This document shows positions 47,865 through 60,619 of a stretch of 64,000 bases of DNA, piece after piece (positions within the stretch are counted from its first letter, which is position 1; each line of letters opens with the position of its first letter). Source of the stretch: Mobula hypostoma. Its lineage: Eukaryota. The DNA is taken from the NCBI RefSeq assembly GCF_963921235.1, contig NC_086097.1:196914001-196978000 (forward strand). Direction: 5' to 3'. The position numbers were made by a program, and so were the translations under genes. The notes below the pieces were generated by a model, which was not told the origin of the DNA, searched no databases, and was given only the letters and a program-made list of their open reading frames with translations.

Positions 47865-49270
47865 CCATTTATGGAATTTGGATCCAAGATTCTTTTCAAG
47901 AAAGCAGGGCTTTGTGAGATTGAAAGCAAGTGCAAAGTGGATTCCTTCCAATTTAAGTGTTACAAATTTCAGGGTTAAAATTATTTAATCTCCACCTTTC
48001 ACCTACTTTCTATTCCTGCACTATTTGAAATGTGTGCAAGGCTTTTCGTTGCACATTTACCATTCCAGCATTTTTTTTTTAGATTGCAGCAGATAGCAAT
48101 CTACATATCGGATGATTTCTCTCTAATAGGCAGGTGAACATGGAGAGAGCTCATTATAGAACAGCAACAGCCTCATAAGTTTTTTTTGTGTGTGTTACTT
48201 CACCAAGTAAGGGATAGGGTAGCTGCACTTGAGGGAATAGCTTATGCTAAAGCAAGGAGGGAACTGTGTGAAATTGATTTCTGAAAATAGTACAAGACAC
48301 AAAGAATTGCTTTGAAGGTGGAGTCGGCTGCTTTAACAAAAACATTGTTACATTGAATTTGTTATGCCTCAAGTTACATGCCTTCTGTGCATATCCGTTG
48401 AGACCATTAGAGCTTTAATATGTCATGGCTTTAAGATATTCAGTCTGCTAGAATAAAAGCTTAAATTGAAATGTTTAGCACTGGGAAAATTTGACAGAAT
48501 ATTTCGCTCATGAGTTTTTTGGAAAGCCATAGTAGTTGATATGTTGATGTACCATTTTTTTTTTTAAAAAAAGAAAAGGATAAAAGAGGCATTATGGAAT
48601 AAGCAGTAATTCAAAAGACCAGGTTTGTATTTTGCGAGGCACATTATTTTGTAATGATTTTATAAATAGATGGCCTTACATTTTAAATGAATTCTTATCA
48701 GATGGTAGACAGCGTTAACTTAACAGATAAATTGTGCACTGTTTTAAAACATAAATTATTCTACTTTTAAACACTTCAACAGGAATAACATTATCCTGTT
48801 GATGCCTTACTTTTGAAGAACTGTTTTCCTGCCATATAATTCATCATAAATTTTAAGTAACTGCACCAGCTTCAACGATTTTCATTGCATTGTGAACAGT
48901 TGTTTTGGGTATTTTGAATATGATTTGAAAATGAATAAACTGCCTGTAATCAGTTGGAATTATACATAGGAAAACCTGCAGCAAACTTGAACTATGGATG
49001 GCATTAGATAAGATTTATTTCTGTATTATTTCAGGAGTCACTCCAGTAAGAACTGTTGTATTTTCAGTTTTATTTTTGCCAGTCAGCAGGAATATATTCA
49101 TAAAATGGATGATATGGCTTACTGTACCTCCCATGTAATATATAAAGGCTTTGCAGTTACATGTATTAAAGCACTGGAAAATGAATTTTTGTTGAAGATG
49201 ATCGCATATTTTAAGTGATGTTGAAAGTCGCACTGATTGGTATGTACCAATAAACATATCTATATGTATT
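47865..49270 (+). other. ROCK1: ROCK1 3'UTR (3' end approximate; may extend to ~49460)
   Basis: AT-rich, TE-free sequence after the stop; AATAAA at 48452, 48934, 49249 and 49434. Confidence 0.8.
49249..49254 (+). terminator. Probable major polyadenylation signal of ROCK1
   Basis: AATAAA preceded by TGTA and followed by U/GU-rich sequence (tatgtatttacctgtcttt). Confidence 0.6.
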
Positions 49271-49699
49271 TACCTGTCTTTACTATAATGGGAAATTGTT
49301 CTTGCAAACATCCCCTGTCAGATGATTTGACTTAATTGAATCTGATACCAAGATTTGTAGACTGAATGTTATTGAAGCAGAATATATTAATTCTCAGAAG
49401 AAATGTATACCATGAATGCAAAACAGCACAGAAAATAAAGGATTGATGTGTATTTGATAATATTGTTAATATCGTTCTGAAGCAAGGTTTCAGAAAGAAT
49501 TCTTTGCTTTGGAAAGAATGCCATGACCTGGAGCTTTTTGTATAACCTTAATTGACTTATGTTGCTTCAGACAGGATATATCGCAGCACACCAACAAATG
49601 ATGTGCTTCTCAGACGGTTACCCAAGTTCCTGTGATACTGTTGATATGTAGGTAAGCTCTTGGCAAGAAAGATAATGATTTGGTGGGGTGTGGAAGGCG

Positions 49700-50880
49700 G
49701 GGAATATCAAAGGCAGACAGTCGGTCTAAAGGATGATTTTGTTATCTGGCACTTCTGCAGCAAAAATTCTACTTGCCACTTATAAGCTCATGTTATCTGG
49801 AACTTGCTGTAACTGGACATGGGCTACTTCATTTGTTAGACTTCTGAACTTCCAGTTGATAAAGCAATAGAGGATGGTTACAAGAAGTATATTGCCCAAC
49901 TCCTCAGTGATGTTCTGGCATTGAAATGATTGATCTTTGACAATTACAGCCAGTTCTCCCCCCCCCCCCCCCAGAGTACCTTGATGCCACATTTGGTCAA
50001 ATGCTGCTTATTGCTTACAACCCCACAGACTATAGACTTTAGTCCATGTTTGGTTCATGTTGACATCTTCCGTCACTCTGCTAATTGAGTCTGGAATAGA
50101 ATGAGCAGTAACAAGTCAGCTTGGATTTGTCCTTCTGTTAATCAGATATACCTGCTAATTTTCCATTTTTTGGATAGTTACTCCTCTTACTATATTGAGG
50201 TAGGCTGGCCAGAGATGCAGCTATTCTAGAGTACAGATCTTCAACCCGAGAGCTGAGAGGTTGCTTAATCTCATAGATTTTTCTGTATCCCATTGCTGTC
50301 ACCCATTTCTTGATGTCACATTGAATCAAATTGGTGGGAGATGGGTATCTGTGATGGCTGAGGATCTTGTGAGAAATTATAAAGCTCTTCTGATTAAACA
50401 TAGTTGCAAATGTTTGACAAGTTTGTGTCTTGGGTCTAGTCATTGTTGGGGATAGGGTGATCTACTTGAGCCCACTCTGTTAGTTGCTTATTTGTCCACG
50501 GCCATTCACAATTGGAATTATAGACTGCAGAGTTTTGATCTAATTCATTGCTTGTAACAATGCTTAGCTCTGCCAATCACCTGTTCATTTTGAAACTTTG
50601 TATGTATGCAGTCTTTTATTGCATTCAATATTTAGCAATGCTTGATCCTGCTCTTAGCATGCCAATCTGCACTCTTCATTGAATTAAGTTTGATCACTTG
50701 GCTTGATGAGAAATGATAGAACAAAGCACATGCTGAGTCATGAGGTCAAAATAGTGATAGGTTTATATACCATACAAGCCTCATTGTTACCCAGTTTGAG
50801 CTGCCAAACCTGTTTTAAACTGTTTATCCCTTTTATAGTGTCACACAAAACAGGAAGTTGTCCTTCATGTGAAGGTATGC
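49700..50880 (-). mobile_element. Old, highly decayed LINE (CR1/L2-type RT remnant)
   Basis: Minus-strand remnants resembling AFDQMWHQG and CQTFATMFNQK; many indels. Confidence 0.45.
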
Positions 50881-51014
50881 TTTTGTCAAGTTCAGGATCT
50901 ATTATTATTCAACCGTACATGAATATAGCCATATGAAATGGCATTCCTCTAAAGCCAAGGTGCAACACACATTACCAACAGCACATTGCACAAATAACAC
51001 GTATGTTTTATTTC

Positions 51015-54000
51015 GGCAGTTGAACGGGGCACGACTGCACAAGTGCGTGTAAGTCGGACCGTGAGGCAGCGGGAGTATTTAAAAGGAGAGCAGATTAGCG
51101 GAGCGGGCGAGGGAGTAAAGGGAGACAGAGTAGGAAGGCTTTGGCTCCTGAGGCTTCAGCGAGCAGAGGCTGAGGAAGAGCTTCACTCCAAGTGAGGTAA
51201 GGCCAGGTAAGTTCCTTTAATAAATCTAAGTACCTTACGAGTAGGTAATGAAGGCAGTTAGGGCAGTTGAGAGCTCCATTTGCAGGATGTGGGAAATCAG
51301 GGTGAGCGCAATAGTCCCTGATAACTACAACTGCGAAAGGTGCATCCAGCTGCAGCTCCTGACAAACCGAGTTAGGGAGCTGGAGCTGGATGAACTTAGA
51401 TCATTCGTGAGGCAGAGGCAGAAATAAACAGGAGTTACAGGGAGATAGTCACCCTTAAGAGTCAGGAGACAGATAGCTGGGTGACTGTCAGGAGAGGGAA
51501 GGGGAATAGACAGAATGAGCAGAGCACCCCTGTGGCCGTTCCCACCAATAATAACTACATCGTTTTGGATACTGTTGATGGGGACAACCGACCAGGGACA
51601 AGTTGCAGTGGTTGCATCTCTGGCACTGAGATGGGACCCTCAACTCAGAAGGGAAGGAGGGAAAAGAGGAGAGCAGTAGTGATAGGGGATTGGATAGTTA
51701 GGGGGACAGATAAGAGGTTCTGTGGAAGAGATCGAGAATCCCGGATGGTCTGTTGCCTCCCTAGTGCCAAGGTCCGCGATATCTTGGATCGTGTTCTCGG
51801 AATTCTCGAGGGAGGGTGAGCAGCCGGATGTCGTGGTCCATGTAGGGACCAATGACGTGGGGAGGAAGAGTGAGGAGGTCCTGAAAGGTGAGTTTAGGGA
51901 GTTAGGTGCCAAATTAAAGGACAGGACCTCCAGGATAGCAATCTCAGGATTGCTACCAGTGCCACGTGCAGGAGGGTTTAGAAATAGTAAGATAGCACAG
52001 ATCAACACGTGGCTGAAGACATGGTGCAGGAGGGAGGGCTTCAGATTTATAGATAATTGGGCAGTTTTCCAGGGAAGGTGGGACCTGTTCTGGCAGGACG
52101 GTTTACATCTGAACTGCAAGGGGAAAAAAATATTTTTGTAGGTAGGTTTGCTAGAGAGGCTGTGGTGGATTTAAACAAGATACGAGGGGGGAGGGGAACC
52201 AGATGTAGGGAAGAAGGAAGAAAAAGAAAATAGTAAAGTTGTTTGCACCATTAGTGAAACAGAGAGTAAGAGGTGGAAAATTTCTTAAATGCATTTATTT
52301 TACTGCTAGGAGCATTATAAGAAAGGTGGATGAACTTAAAGCATGGATTGATACCTGGAAGTATGATGTGGTAGTTATTAGTGAAACATGGTTACAGGAG
52401 GGGTGTGATTGGCAACTAAATATTCCTGGATTTAATTGCTTCAGGTGTGATAGAATCGGAGGGAGAAGAGGGGGAAGTGTTGCACTGCTTGTCAGAGAAA
52501 ATGTTACAGCAGTGCTCTGGCAGGATAGATTAGAGGGCTCGTCTAGGGAGGCTATTTGGATGGAATTGAGGAATGGGAAAGGTGTGGTAACTATTATGGG
52601 GGTGTATTATAGACCACCAAATGGGGAGCGAGAATTGGAGGAGCAAATTTGTAAGGAGATAGCAGATACTTGTGGTAAGCACAAAGTTGTGATTGTGGGA
52701 GATTTTAACTTTCAGCACAGACTGGGAAGCCCATGCTGTAAAAGGGCTGGATGGTTTGGAGTTTGTAAAATGTGTGCAGGATAGTGTTTTGCAGCAATAC
52801 ATAGAGGTACCAGTGAGAGAAGGGGCAGTGTTGGATCTCCTGTTAGGGAATGAGATAGGTCAGGTGACGCAGGTTTGTGTTGGGGAGCACTTCGGGTGCA
52901 GTGATCGCAATGCTATTAGTTTCAATATAATTATGGAGAAGGATAGGGCTGGACCCAGGGTTGAGATTTTTGGTTGGAGAAAGGCTAACTTTAAGGAGAT
53001 GTGAAAGGATTTAGGAGGAGTGGATTGGGACAATTTAATTTATGGGAAGAATGTAATAGAGAAATGGAGGTCATTTAAAGGTGAAATTTGGAGAGTACAG
53101 AATCTTTATGTTGCTTTTAGGTTGAAAGGAAAGGTTAAAAGTTTGAGAGAGCCATGGTTTTCAAGGAATATTGGAAACTTGGTTCGGACAAAGAGAGATA
53201 TCTACAATAAATATAAGCGGCATGGAGTAAATGAGGTGCTCGAAGAATATTAAGAATGTAAAAAGAATCTTCAGAAAGAAATTAGAAAAGCTAAAGGAAG
53301 ATAGGAGGTTGCTGTGGCAAGTAGTGTGAAAATAAATCCCAAGGGTTTCTACAGTTGTACTAATAGCAAAAGGATAGTGAGGGATAAAATTGGTCCCTTA
53401 GAGAATCAGAGTGGATGGCTATGTGAGGAGCCAAAAGAGATGGGGGAGATTCTGAACAATTTCTTTTCTTCGGTATTCATCAAGGAGAAGGATATTGAAT
53501 TGTGTAAGATACGGGAAACAGGTAGGGAAGTTATGGAAACTATGATGATTAAAGAAGACGAAGTACTGGAGCTTTTAAGGAATATAAAAGTGGATAAGTC
53601 TCAGGGTCCTGACAGGATATTCCCTAGGACCTTGAGGGAAATTAGTGTGGAAATAGCAGGGGCTCCGACAGAAATATTTCAAATGTCATTAGAAACGGGG
53701 ATGGTGCCGGAGGATTGGCGTATTGCTCATGTTGTTCCATTGTTTAAAAAGACTTCTAGGAGTAAACCGAGCAATTATCGGCCTGTGAGTTTGACGTCAG
53801 TGGTGAGTAAATTAATGGAAAGTATTCTTAGAGATGGTATATGTAATTATCTGGATAGACGGGGACTGATTAGGAACAGTCAACATGGATTTGTGCATGG
53901 AAGGTCATGTTTGACAAATCTTATTGAATTTTTTGAAGAGGTTACTAGGAAAGTTGACGAGGGTAAAGCAGTGGATGATGTCTATATGGACTTCAGTAAG

Positions 54001-55161
54001 GCCTTTGACAAGGACCCACATGGAAGGTTGGTTTGGAAGGTTCAATCGTTAGGTATTAATATTGAAGTAGTAACATGGATTCAGCAGTGGCTGGATGGGA
54101 GACACCAGAGAGTGGTGGTGGATAACTGTTTGTCAGATTGGAGGCCGGTGACTAGTGGTGTGCCTCAGGGATCTGTACTGGGTCCAATGTTGTTTGTCAT
54201 ATACATTAATTATCTGGATGATGGGGTGGTAAATTGGATTAGTAAGTATGCAGATGATACTAAGTTTGGTGGAGTTGTGGATAATGAAGTAGGTTTTCAA
54301 AGCTTGCAGAGAGATTTAGGTCAGTTAGAAGAGTGGGCTGAAAGATGGCAGATGGAGTTTAATGCTAATAAATGTGAGGTGCTACATTTTGGTAGGACTA
54401 ATCAAAATAGGACATGCATGGTAAATGGTAGGGCATTGAAAAATGCAGTAGAACAGGGGTCTAGGAATAATGGTGCATAGTTCCCTGGAGGTGGAATCTC
54501 ATGTGGATAGGGTGGTGAAGAAAGCTTTTGGCATGCTGGCCTTTATAAATCAGAGCATTGAGTATAGGGGTTGGGATGTAATGTTGAAATTGTATAAGGC
54601 ATTGGTGAGGCTAAATTTGGAGTATTGTGTACAGTTTTGGTCACCGAATTATAGGAAAGATGTCAACAAAATAGAGAGAGTACAGAGAAGATTTACTAGA
54701 ATGTTACCTGGGTTTCATCACCTGAGTTACAGAGAAAGGTTGAACAAGTTGGGTCTTTATTCACTGGAACGTAGAAGGTTGAGGGGGGACTTGATAGAGG
54801 TATTTAAAATTATGAGGGGGATAGATAGAGTTGACGTGGATAGGCTTTTTCCATTGAGAGCAGGGGAGATTCAGACAAGAGGACATGAGTTTAGAGTTAA
54901 AGGGCAAAAGTTTAAGGGTAACATGAGGGGGAACTTCTTTACTCAGAGTGGTAGCTGCGTGGAACGAGCTTCCAGCAGAAGTGGTTGAAGCAGGTTCGAT
55001 GTTGTCATTTAAAGTTAAATTGGACAGCTATATGGACAGGAAAGGAATGGAGGGTTGTGGGCTGAGTGCAGGTCGGTGGGACTAGGTGAAAGTAAGAGTT
55101 CGGCACGGACTAGAAGGGCCGAGATGGTCTGATCCTGTGCTGTAATAGTTATATGGTTATG
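51015..55161 (+). mobile_element. Full-length (~4.15 kb) CR1 LINE with both ORFs disrupted
   Basis: 5'UTR; ORF1 from ATG 51248 (CRMWE..CERC, zipper, VIGD..VVVHVGTND esterase); ORF2 EN (ISETWL, YYRPPN, GDF) and RT (53314-54480, YADDTK); tail; candidate TSD ATTTC at 51010-51014 and 55162-55166. Confidence 0.95.
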
Positions 55162-55166
55162 ATTTC

Positions 55167-55755
55167 AGAAAAACATATCCTCACAAAGAAAAAGAAAATA
55201 AAAATGATATAGCCTAAGTCCCTGAGTGACATGATTATAGTCCTACTCCAGCTTGTTCTCCCACAGAGAAACCATCAGAGAGCAGCACTAATAGGAGGAG
55301 CCAGCCCCCAACCCAGCGCAGATTCCAGTTCGCCCCACAGAGGCTCTTCCTCTCCTGAGTGGCTGCAACAGGTGAGTCCATGGATTTGGCCTAGACTTTG
55401 CCACAAGCAAGCTAACACAGCTGCCCCCACCTTCACTGATCTGGACTTGCAGTATACTACATTACCAGTGTACAACAGGGTCTTGCAAAGCCAATAAAAA
55501 TGCCCATGACAATCACTTGCACTGTGCATCATCAGGGAACAGTGGTACACAACAAGTTCAGGAGACAACACAGCAACAGAACATTTTTAACTCCATCGCT
55601 TTCTTGCTAATGGGATTGTCCTGCAGTAACCTGATGTACTTAGTCTCCAGCAGTGACTTGCAATCATAAAAAAGGCACACAGGGCAAACAAATACACCTT
55701 TGATTGAACACTGAATGGCCACTGCATCTGAGCACATTGCCATCTTACCAGAAGA
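55167..55755 (-). mobile_element. Non-coding repeat split by the full-length CR1 (other part at 50887-51014)
   Basis: The two flanks read as one element; minus-strand 5' end GGTAAGATGGC. Confidence 0.5.
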
Positions 55756-55779
55756 AAATGTAAAGGTTATCGTAATAAT

Positions 55780-56230
55780 ACAACACTAACAACACGCTGG
55801 AGGAATGCAGCAGGTCGGGCAGCATCCATGGAAACGATCAGTCAACGTTTCAGGCTGGAACCCTTCGTCCCGACTGAAGAGGGAAGGGTCAGAGGCCCAT
55901 AAAGAAGGTGAGGGGAGGGTGGGAAGGAGAAGGCTGGTAGGTTCCAGGTGAAAAACCAGTAAGGGAAAAGATAAAGGGGTGGGGGAGGGGATAGGCAGGA
56001 AAGGTGAAGAAGGAATGGGGAAAGCACAATGGGTAGTAGAAGGAGGCAGAACCATGGGGGAGGGGGCAGAGTAAAATAGGGGTAGGGGGAGGGAATTACC
56101 AGGAGTTGGAGAATTCTATGTTCATACCAAGGGGCTGGAGACGACCTAGATGGTATATGAGGTGTTGCTCCTCCAACCTGAGTTTAGCCTCATCATGGCA
56201 GTGGAGGAGGCCATGTATGACCATATCTGA
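55780..56230 (-). mobile_element. Penelope-like element 3' fragment with terminal repeat
   Basis: Purine-rich tract; KLRLEEQHLIYHLGRLQPLGMNIEF-like C-terminus on the minus strand; hammerhead relic at 55839-55876. Confidence 0.85.
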
Positions 56231-56549
56231 ATGGGAATGGGAAGCAGAGAAATGATCGGTTTTATTAATGCCATTACAGACAAATTACTGTCACTGCATG
56301 TCTGGTGAGGACAACATCGTAAAGTGCTCTATGGTTGACTTCTAAGTTTGTAGACATTAACAGTGATGGAGTCTATACTAAGTAATCATCTTCAGTGTTT
56401 AAAAACCTTCCATTGATACCCAATTACACATCATTCAAAATCTACTATTTATTCTTTGCTGTTTTATTTCACTTCAAGAAAAGGGACAATTATCAGCTTT
56501 TGGCTGATTGTGGTAAATACAAGAAATTATGCAAATACGGGTAATCTTC

Positions 56550-59380
56550 ATCAACACACAAAATGCTGAAGGGATTCAGCAGGACAGGCAGCATCTGTGG
56601 AGAAGAATAAACAGTTGATGTTTCGGGCCAAAGCCCTTCATCTGGACAAAGAAGGGTAAGAAGCCAGAATAAGAAAGCAGAGGGAGGAAAAGAAGGGAAG
56701 TGTGACACCAGCCCCTGATACCACCCCCACTACTATTCAGGATCCCAAACAGATCTTCTAGGTGAGATGATACTTCACCCATGAGTATGTTGGGGTTGTT
56801 GATGGTAATGGATTTAATCGAGGTGGCAAAATTTAGTGAGAATATCAATTACAGTGACTAGTCATAATTCAAGTGCATTGCTTGAAAGTATGGTGGAAGC
56901 AGATTCATTAAAAACTTTTAAAAGAATTGAATAAATAATTAAGTACATCATATATATCTGTTCCCAGAACATGGCTCTCCTTTCCAGGGACATCAAAGGT
57001 GCCCTCCTTCTTTAAAGAATGGGGTTTCCCTCCCTCCACTATTGATGCTGCCCTCATCCGCATCTTGTCCATTTCCCAAACATCCATGCTCACTCCATCA
57101 GCCCCCACATCCAACACATTATCCTCCACAAATTCTGCCATCTCCAAAGTGATCCCTACTACCAAATATATCTATACCACTCCTTGTGATTCCTGTGTCC
57201 ATTCATCCCTCCCCAATAATCTCTCTCCTGGCATTTAATCCCTGCAAGTGGTTTAAGTGCTAACCAATTTCCCCCAGGATCAATAAAGTATGACTATGAC
57301 TAAACTGCCCATACACCACCTCCCTCCATACAGGGCCCCATGCAGTCTTTCCAGGTGAGTCAACACTTCACCTGCGAGTCCGTTGTATCTGGTGCTTCTG
57401 ATGTGGTTTCCTCTACAATGGTGACACCCATTGTAAATTGGGGGAACACTTCAACAAGCACCTCCACAAGTGGGACTTCCTGGTGGCCAAATATTTTAAT
57501 TCCCATTCTGACATGTTGGTCTGTGGCCTCCTCTTGTACCAAGATGAGGCCACCCTCAGGGTGCAGGAACAGCAACTCGTATTCCATCGGGGTAGCCTCC
57601 AATCTGATGGCATGAAAATTGATTTCTCCTTCTGGTAAACAAATTTCTCCCCTTTGTTCCTCACTTTGGCCTCTTACCTCTTCTCACCTCCCCCTGGCTC
57701 CCCTCCTCCTCCCATTTCACCTATGTTCCACTCTCCTATCCAATCAGATTTCTTCTTCTCCAGCCCTTGACCTTTCCAACCCACCTGGCTTCACCTATAG
57801 TCATAGTCATACTTTATTGATCCTGAGGGAAATTGGTTTTCGTTGCACCATAAATAATAAATAGTAATAAAACCATAATTAGTTAAATAGTAATATGTAA
57901 TTTATGCCAGTAAATTATGAAATAAGTCCAGGACCAGCCTATCGGCTCAGGATGTCTGACCCTGCAAGGGAGGAGTTGTAAAGTTTGATGGCCACAGGCA
58001 GGAATGACTTCTTATGATGCTCTGTGTTGCATCTCGATGGAATGAGTCTCTGGCTGAATGTACTCCTGTGCCCACCCAGTACATGATGTAGTGGATGGGA
58101 GACATTGTCCAAGATGGCATGCAACTTAGACAGCATCCTCTTTTCAGACACCACCATGAGAGAGTCCAGTTCCATCCCCACAACATCACTGGCCTTATGA
58201 ATGAGTTTGTTGATTCTGTTGGTGTCTGCTACCCTCAGCCTGCTGCCCCAACACACAACAGCAAACATGATAGCACTGGCCACCACAGACTCGTAGAACA
58301 TCCTCAGCATCGTCCGGCAGATGTTAAAGGACCTCAGTCTCCTCAGGAAATAGAGATGGCTCTGACCCTTCTTGTGGACAGCCTCAGTGTTCTTTGACCA
58401 GTCCGGTTTATTGTCAATTCATATCCCCTGGTATTTGTAATCCTCCACCATGTCCACACTGACCCCCTGGATGGAAACAGGGGTCAGCAGTACCTTAGCT
58501 CTCCTCAGGTCTACCACCAGCTCCTTAGTCTTTTTCATATTAAGCTGCAGATAATTCTGCTCACACCATGTGACAAAGTTTCCTACCGTAGCCCTGTACT
58601 CAGCCTCATCTCCCTTGCTGATGCATCCAACTATGGCAGAGTCATCCGAAAACTTCTGAAGATGACAAGACTCTGTGCAGTAGTTGAAGTCTGAGGTATA
58701 AATGGTGAAGAGAAAGGGAGACAAGACAGTCCACTGTGGAGCCCCAGTGCTGCTGATCACTCTGTCGGACACACAGTGTTGCAAGCACACGTACTGTGGT
58801 CTGCCAGTCAGGTAATCAAGAATCCATGACACCAGGGAAGCATCCACCTGCATTGCTGTCAGCTTCTCCCCCAGCAGAGCGGGGCGGATGGTGTTGAACG
58901 CACTGGAGAAGTCAAAAAACATGACCCTCACAGTGCTCGCTGGCTTGTCCAGGTGGGCGTAGACACGGATCAGCAGGTAGACGATGGCATCCTCAACTCC
59001 TAGTCGGGGCTGGTAGGCGAACTGGAGGGGATCTAAGTGTGACCTGACCACAGGTCAGTGCAGCTCCAGAACAAGTCTCTCCAGGGTCTTCATGATGTGG
59101 GAGGTCAATGCCACCGGTCTGTAGTCATTGAGGCCGCTGGGGCATGGCGTCTTCCACAGTACAGGAACCTTCCAGGTAGCCTCCTTCTCCTCCTCCCCCC
59201 CCCCCACCTTTTTATTCTGGCATCTTCCCCCTTCCTTCTCAGTCCAGAAGAAGAGCCTCAGCCCAAAATATCAACAGTTTATTCATTTCCACAGATGCTG
59301 TCTGACCTGCTGAGTTCCTCCAGCATTTTGTGTGTGCTGCTTTGCATTTCTGGCATCTGCAGATTTTCTTGTATTGATGT
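56550..59380 (+). mobile_element. Penelope-like element: inverted 5' terminal repeat, GIY-YIG remnant and 3' repeat, interrupted by Rex1 inserts
   Basis: Inverted repeat at 56550-56800; SFFKEWGFPPSTID and QHFTCES...EHFNKHL...LRVQEQQLVF remnants; resumes at 59167 after the Rex1. Confidence 0.85.
57798..59166 (-). mobile_element. Young 5'-truncated Rex1/Babar LINE (RT)
   Basis: ORF 58419-59051 (LDPLQFAY, FFDFSSAFNTI, GAPQWTVLSP, KFSDDSAIVG) and ORF 57939-58310; tail AATAAAGT(ATGACT)2. Confidence 0.95.
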
Positions 59381-59459
59381 TTGTTCTCCTTCATTTGAAA
59401 GATAATTGCCCAAGACTAGTGAGACAGCACTGACCATACGTGAAATGGATTCACAATCA

Positions 59460-60065
59460 GCCAGAGAGACACAGCAGATCCGGCAGCATTCACAGAGACA
59501 AATAAACAGTCGCTGTTACAGGCTGAAAGTCCATCAGGAGTGGAAAAGTGGGGGAGGGGGAGAAAGACAGAATAAAAATTTGGAGGAGGAGTGAAGGAAT
59601 ACAAAGCTGGCAGATGATAGGTGAAACCAGGTGAGGAGAAGGTGGGTGGGATGAAGCAAGAAGCTGAGAGGTTATGAGAAGGAAGAATCTGATTAGAGAA
59701 GACAGAGGACCATGGAAGAAAAGGGAGGAGGACGGGCACCAGAGAGGTGTTGGGCAGGTGAGAAGGGGCGAAAGTGGAACCAGAATGGCAAAATGAGAAG
59801 GGGAGAAGGGAGCGGTATTACAAGAAGTTAGAGAAATTTATGTTCACACCATCAGGTTAGAGGGCAGAATACGAGGTGTGGCTCCAGCCTGAGTGTAGCC
59901 TTGTCATGGTAGTAGAGGCCAACCTGTCTGAATTGAAATGGGTGACCATTGGAAAATCCCACCTTTTCTGGCAGACAAAGCCATCTCCCAATTTAAATTG
60001 GGTCCCACTGATGTAGAGGAGGCCGTGCCAGGACCACTGGACACAACAGGACACAGATGAGGAGA
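59460..60065 (-). mobile_element. Degenerate Penelope-like 3' fragment
   Basis: Same layout as 55780-56230; hammerhead relic at 59507-59542. Confidence 0.7.
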
Positions 60066-60619
60066 AATTACTTTTGCCAGAGGGTGGAGAAACTGGAGGA
60101 TTCATTACCACAGATGGCCATGGAGGCCAAGTCATTGGGTACAATTAAAGCCAAGGTTGATTAGTAAAAGTGTCAAAGGTTACAGAGAGAAGGCAAGAGA
60201 ATGGGGTTTGGGGGATAATAAATCAGCCATAACGGAGTGGCAAAGCAGACTCTATGGGTCGAATAGCCTAATTCTCTTCCCATGTCTTATAGTCCACACT
60301 GACTATGTTGCCTTCCCAGCTAATTGCAATTTCCTGCATGTGGCTCATATCTCTTTAAGCATAGACCAATCCAAGGGTTTCTTAAATGATACTGTTATAT
60401 ATGCCTCAAAGACTTCGTCTGGTATCTTGTTCTGTACACTCAATACCCACTGCATTAAAAACGTTGTCCCTCGGATCCCTTTTAAATCTCCCCCCCCCCA
60501 CCCCCACTCTCAAAACTTAGACCACCAACTTTTGGACTCCGCTACCCTAGGGAAAAGATTGTAGTCATCCACATCTTTCCTTTAACAGCTTGACCAAACT
60601 GTCATGGTATTTTCAGGAA

